Virus record (IMG/VR): IMGVR_UViG_3300037466_003648 | Location: 32,001 to 96,000 of that record | DNA from: a virus | Lineage: Duplodnaviria; Caudoviricetes | Direction: 5' to 3' (one strand) | DNA length: 64,000 nucleotides | Shown: piece after piece, positions 59,816-64,000 of the stretch | Layout: every line of letters starts with the position of its first letter | Position numbering within the stretch: the stretch's first letter is position 1 | Notes under the pieces: model-generated | Told to the model about the DNA's origin: nothing | The model's input: only the letters and a program-made list of their open reading frames with translations | The model's database searches: none | Position numbers and translations under genes: made by a program

Positions 59816-60385
59816 CTACTCGCTCTCCTTGTGGTCCGGTGGTAGCAGGGTGGCCGCGACGACGATGCGCTCGCCGCCCGGTGCCAGGGTGAACTCCCAG
59901 GTCTTGAGACCGGTGACCCCTGGGTTGGGGACGACCGTGAAGTCGATGGTGTAGCGGTTGCCGGGCGTCGCAAAGCAGTCCAGGATGCCAGGACCACCGC
60001 CGGGTTGAACAGTGGGCAACGGCAGCCCGACGAGCATCCCGGCCGTGATGACCACGGGACTGGGTGAGGCGCTTACAGGCGGTGGTCCGATCACCAACGG
60101 CAAGAACCCGAACCCCACGGGGGTCCAGGTCGGCATCGTGGCGCCCGCGGGCAAGACGCCCTGCGTGGACACCACACACCCATGAATCATCAGGGTGATC
60201 TGTGCCCAGTCGCAGGGAGGGAAGACCGCCGGGAGGCTAAGAAACGGGATGGGCGGCCCGCCATCCTGGACGATAGTCAAGGTATCGTGGAACATCTGTG
60301 TCCCGTCGTTCTTGACTGTGCCCAGCATGATCGAGCCGAGGTTCTGTGTCAGGTCCGCCCGAATGCGGAGAATGTCCGCTGGCAT
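59816..60385 (-). CDS. putative virion structural protein (Pro-rich)
   Basis: GAAGGAGGAG RBS; in PAAR operon. Confidence 0.65.
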   Translation of the reverse strand: MPADILRIRADLTQNLGSIMLGTVKNDGTQMFHDTLTIVQDGGPPIPFLSLPAVFPPCDWAQITLMIHGCVVSTQGVLPAGATMPTWTPVGFGFLPLVIGPPPVSASPSPVVITAGMLVGLPLPTVQPGGGPGILDCFATPGNRYTIDFTVVPNPGVTGLKTWEFTLAPGGERIVVAATLLPPDHKESE

Positions 60386-60677
60386 CCCGCTCCTCCTTCA
60401 AGCCATGCAGCTTGGCATGCGCGGCGGCGATGTCGTCGCGTGTGCCATAGTTGTCGAGCACCTTGCAGTTGTTCAGCACCGCACCGTGCAGGTTCGTCCA
60501 GGTGGTGTTGCGCACCGCGTAGACGTCCACGTTCCCGTCCGCCCGGAAGCGGACGAACGATCCTGTTGGCGTGTGCTCGATGCGCACGCTGCCGTCTTGC
60601 CCGACGTTGACGGCCACTACCTGGCTCAACCGAACCAGGAGCTTCACCCCACGAAATACGGATCGCAGTAGTTGCAT
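60237..60677 (-). CDS. possible spike (gp5/gpV-like) beta-repeat fragment
   Basis: RIEHTPTGSFVRFRADGNVDV; start and end uncertain. Confidence 0.4.
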   Translation of the reverse strand: MQLLRSVFRGVKLLVRLSQVVAVNVGQDGSVRIEHTPTGSFVRFRADGNVDVYAVRNTTWTNLHGAVLNNCKVLDNYGTRDDIAAAHAKLHGLKEERDASGHSPHSGGPDTEPRLDHAGHSQERRDTDVPRYLDYRPGWRAAHPVS

Positions 60678-60715
60678 GAGGCGAGTGTAACACGGTACCA
60701 CATAGGAGTAAACCC

Positions 60716-60913
60716 ATGGCCCTTCAGGATGTCATCGAGCAGTTTAACGAGCGCGTGAAAGACACGCGGTACAACCACCGGCAGGCACCCGCGGGGATGT
60801 CTCAGAAGGATCTGGTCCTCCACATCGCCGATCTAATCGACGACCTCCACACGTTGGAAAGCGATCTTCGGATGGATCTCCAGATCCTCCTCGCCGACGC
60901 GCGTAAGTGTTGA
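60716..60913 (+). CDS. hypothetical protein
   Basis: AGGAG RBS. Confidence 0.6.
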   Translation: MALQDVIEQFNERVKDTRYNHRQAPAGMSQKDLVLHIADLIDDLHTLESDLRMDLQILLADARKC

Positions 60914-60931
60914 CCGGTTGGGCTGGCGGCT

Positions 60932-61135
60932 ATGTTTGAGCATGCCCAAGATGTCTGCGCGGTGACGATCGGCGATGGGGAACTGTACTTCCACCTCGTC
61001 CGCCCCGACCAGACCCTCAAGATCCAACGAACCGCCCGCACCATTCAGGTGGAGGGTCCCCTTGTCATCACAATCGACGAAGGATCGCAAGGTCCCGTCG
61101 GTGTCCACCTGGTTTTCCCGAAGGAGAAGTCATGA
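60932..61135 (+). CDS. hypothetical protein
   Basis: ATGA coupling to next gene. Confidence 0.55.
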   Translation: MFEHAQDVCAVTIGDGELYFHLVRPDQTLKIQRTARTIQVEGPLVITIDEGSQGPVGVHLVFPKEKS

Positions 61136-61650
61136 GCACCTACCGCCACTTCTACAAGCAGGCCAAGGCGGCCAGCCCCAAGCAGTGGGCCAAGATCAAG
61201 ACCGACGTCGAGAAGTTGCTTGCGAGCCTGCCACCCAACTCGGAGAGCGCGGGTGGTACCTTCCGCCAGTGGACCTTGATGATCGGTGACGCGTCCGGTG
61301 CGGTGGGTAGCAAGCCCACCGTGACCGATGACGAGATCGCGCTGAACGGCGTCCACGGCAAGGTCGACCTCTCCCATGAGACCTTCTGGATCACCCGCAG
61401 CAAGAACACGGAGCCCGATGCCGACTACTGCAAGACGGCGCGCAAGCCCTACGACCTGGTCGTCTGCGGCATCCTGATCGTCTTGCAGCACCACGCGCCC
61501 GGCGTCTGGAAGATCTCCACCAACGGCACGCTGGAGGACTGGGACCCGGCTCGCGAGTGGGTGGAGTCGATCCTGGGCTACGCAGGCTTCGATGAGGTGC
61601 TGCACATCTGCGGGGAGGTAGAGGATGCAAGCGACAAACGCGCCTCTTGA
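61132..61650 (+). CDS. conserved phage hypothetical protein
   Basis: IALNG...HETF...YCKTARKPYD-VV. Confidence 0.75.
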   Translation: MSTYRHFYKQAKAASPKQWAKIKTDVEKLLASLPPNSESAGGTFRQWTLMIGDASGAVGSKPTVTDDEIALNGVHGKVDLSHETFWITRSKNTEPDADYCKTARKPYDLVVCGILIVLQHHAPGVWKISTNGTLEDWDPAREWVESILGYAGFDEVLHICGEVEDASDKRAS

Positions 61651-63778
61651 CCAGAGGCAGATCCGTGGTACGATGGTCTCCGCCTCGCCCATAGCACCTC
61701 CAGGGATCAGCGTGAGTACGACCCTTCGCCAAGCTCCGACGCACCACCCCTACACGTTGGTGGAGACCGACCAGGATGCCCAGGACGTCTGCGAGTACCT
61801 GCTGACTCAAGACCTGCTGGCCCTGGACACGGAGACCCACGCCAACGGCAAGGAAGGCCCCAAAGCGCTCGACCCGAAGAAGGCGTTTACCGACCCCTTC
61901 ATCAACACGGTCCGGTTGTTACAGGTGCGCTCGCGCGATAGCGAGAGTTTCATCTTCGACCTCCGCAAGATGGGCGTCGCGGGCACCTTCGCCATTAAGA
62001 ACCTGCTGTCCCAGGAGCACATCACCTGGGTCGGCCACAACCTGAAGTTCGACTACAAGATGCTCGCCACGAGTCTGGACGTGTACCTCAAGAAGGTGTA
62101 CGACACCATGATCGCGGCCAACTGTGTCGGCTTCGCGGTGGGTGACCAGGCAGCGTTGGCGCGTGGCTACAGCTTGAAGGACGTGGTGCGGGACTACCTG
62201 GGTCACTACCTGGACAAGACTGAGCAGTCGTCCAACTGGAGCGCGCGGGAGCTGACCGAAAGCCAGTTCCAGTACGCTGCCGACGACCTGCTCTACCTGT
62301 TCGATCTCTACGACCTGCTGACCTACACGGTCCGGCACGAGTACGGGATGGAAGGGGGCGTCCAGCTGGAGATGGACGTGATGCCGGTCGTCGCCAAGAT
62401 CGAGCTGAACGGCATGGCGCTGGACCCGGTCATGTTCGAGATCGTGCAGAGGTCCGCCGCTGCGTACATGCCAGCGCTCGAAGAAGAGCTGTGCAAGTAC
62501 ATCAACTGGCCGATGATCGCCTGTCCTCCGCTGGTCAAGCTGAAGACGAAGCGTAACTTCATGCCGAAGCCGGTCAGCTTCGACGGCAAGTCCGGCTCGC
62601 CGCTCATGTCCAACTCGGTCATGCTCAAGGCGTTCCACGAAAAGGGCTTGCCGCTGGAGAACCTGCAAGGCGACTACCTGGAGGAGCTGGCGAAGTCGAG
62701 CGGCAACGAGATCCTGAAGAAGTTCGTCTTCTACCGTGACCTTGCCAAGCAACTCTCTACCAACTATCTGGACTGGGTGCATCCGGTCACGGGTCGCATC
62801 CACCCCAACCTGAACCAGATGGGCGCGTCTACCGGTCGCTTCAGCGGCAGCGATCCCAACCCCCAGAACGTCCCGACCTTGAGTGTCGAGGTTCCTCCTG
62901 ACCTGTTCGAGTTGTACAAGGAGTTCCTGCAGGAGTACATCGACGCGAAGACGGGTAAGTGTCTGGTCAACTACCGCTACTGCTTCGTGCCTGCCAAGGG
63001 TAAGAAGATGGCGTCGGCCGACTACAGCGGGCAAGAGGTCCGCATGATGGTGGCGCTGTCCAAGGACCCGGAGCTGATCCGCATTCACCTCGAACCTGCC
63101 AAGGTCGAGCGCGACGGCAAGATGGTCAAGAACATGGCCGCCGACGTTCACGCCAAGACCGCGGAGCTGATGTGGGGCAAGTCGCACGGCGTCACCTGTT
63201 GGAACGCTGACGAGCTGGTCATGCCGGGTGTGGGCAAGAAGTTCCGCGCCGTTGCCAAGGTGATCGTGTTCGGTCTGGCCTACGGCAAGACCGCGGCAGG
63301 TATGGCACTCGACTGGGGCATCTCCCAGGAGGATGCCCAGGTCATCATCGACGAGTTCTTCCGCGCGTACCCCGTGCTGAAGAAGTGGCTCGACAGCAAG
63401 GGACGCGAAGCCAACGACACCCGCATGTCGTGGTACGGTTGTCGCGAGGCGGGCATCATCCGTTGGCGCATGGTCAACTCCGCTCGCCACGCAGATCGTG
63501 GTGCTCTGGAGCGCGCGGGCAAGAACACGCCCATCCAGGGCGGCTCTGCCTTGCAGATGAAGCTGGCTCTGGTTATGCTGGACAAGGCCCTTGCCGGGAC
63601 CGGCATCTTGATGACCGGGACCGTGCACGACGAAGCGCTGTTCGAGTTCTACGAGGCGGAAGAGAAGCTGGCCGTGACCACCATCGATCGCTGCATGACC
63701 GCGGCAGGTGATGTCTTCCTGCAGCACGTCATCCCCAGTACCTGCGGTGTCGGTGTCGGCACCCACTGGTTCCACTAG
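61625..63778 (+). CDS. polA: DNA polymerase family A with 3'-5' exonuclease
   Basis: LDTET, HNLKFD, YAADD, TGR-S-SDPN-QN, ADYSGQE-R, K-IVFGLAYG, PIQG, VHDE. Confidence 0.95.
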   Translation: MQATNAPLDQRQIRGTMVSASPIAPPGISVSTTLRQAPTHHPYTLVETDQDAQDVCEYLLTQDLLALDTETHANGKEGPKALDPKKAFTDPFINTVRLLQVRSRDSESFIFDLRKMGVAGTFAIKNLLSQEHITWVGHNLKFDYKMLATSLDVYLKKVYDTMIAANCVGFAVGDQAALARGYSLKDVVRDYLGHYLDKTEQSSNWSARELTESQFQYAADDLLYLFDLYDLLTYTVRHEYGMEGGVQLEMDVMPVVAKIELNGMALDPVMFEIVQRSAAAYMPALEEELCKYINWPMIACPPLVKLKTKRNFMPKPVSFDGKSGSPLMSNSVMLKAFHEKGLPLENLQGDYLEELAKSSGNEILKKFVFYRDLAKQLSTNYLDWVHPVTGRIHPNLNQMGASTGRFSGSDPNPQNVPTLSVEVPPDLFELYKEFLQEYIDAKTGKCLVNYRYCFVPAKGKKMASADYSGQEVRMMVALSKDPELIRIHLEPAKVERDGKMVKNMAADVHAKTAELMWGKSHGVTCWNADELVMPGVGKKFRAVAKVIVFGLAYGKTAAGMALDWGISQEDAQVIIDEFFRAYPVLKKWLDSKGREANDTRMSWYGCREAGIIRWRMVNSARHADRGALERAGKNTPIQGGSALQMKLALVMLDKALAGTGILMTGTVHDEALFEFYEAEEKLAVTTIDRCMTAAGDVFLQHVIPSTCGVGVGTHWFH

Positions 63779-63790
63779 AAGGAGAGGTCC

Positions 63791-64000
63791 ATGACCGATA
63801 ACGTTCCCTACATCAACGGCTTCAACAGCCACGTCATTGGCGGCATGGTCGGCCTGACCAGCTTCCTGGGCGGCATGTCCCCGAAGGTTCAGAACGAGCA
63901 GTCCATGGTCATGACACCGGGCGATGCCGTGGACATGGGCCGCGTGCTCATGCAGATGGCGGTCACCGCGATGATCCAGAGCAGCGCTGACCGCGGCACC
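63791..64000 (+). CDS. hypothetical protein (runs off window)
   Basis: GGAGAGG RBS; open to window end. Confidence 0.55.
   Translation, partial: MTDNVPYINGFNSHVIGGMVGLTSFLGGMSPKVQNEQSMVMTPGDAVDMGRVLMQMAVTAMIQSSADRGT

Noticed and set aside
1-64000. Alternative genetic code (stop-codon reassignment)
   Set aside because: TAG, TGA and TAA all end genes at coupled junctions, conserved domains are uninterrupted, and no suppressor tRNA was seen

Overview
This is a GC-rich segment of a large tailed bacteriophage genome, densely coded and almost all on the + strand, with two short inverted blocks (34130-36834 and 58381-60677). Genes are translationally coupled and use GAAAGGAG/GGAGG ribosome-binding sites and sigma70-type promoters. 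It encodes DNA and nucleotide enzymes: family A DNA polymerase, a two-gene split NAD-dependent ligase, family 4 UDG, ThyX, guanylate kinase, a ClpN-dCMP deaminase fusion, an N6-adenine MTase, MazG-like, HAD, CYTH and two metallophosphoesterases. It also encodes an RNA ligase, macro, JAB, RyR and HIRAN domains, vWA and AAA proteins, an SLT, a C1 peptidase and a PAAR module. A tRNA array of about 3.8 kb (51958-55781) holds 31 cloverleaf tRNAs covering all 20 amino acids. The most unusual material lies in and just upstream of that array: an 82-nt tmRNA with no mRNA-like domain, an armless G3:U70 minihelix, tRNA-like RNAs with very large D-loop or variable-arm inserts, several unassigned structured RNAs, a candidate leader-peptide attenuator, and a tandem sRNA/target pair. 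The ClpC-type N-domain suggests a Cyanobacteria-related host. All calls come from reading the sequence by eye; no searches or folding programs were run.
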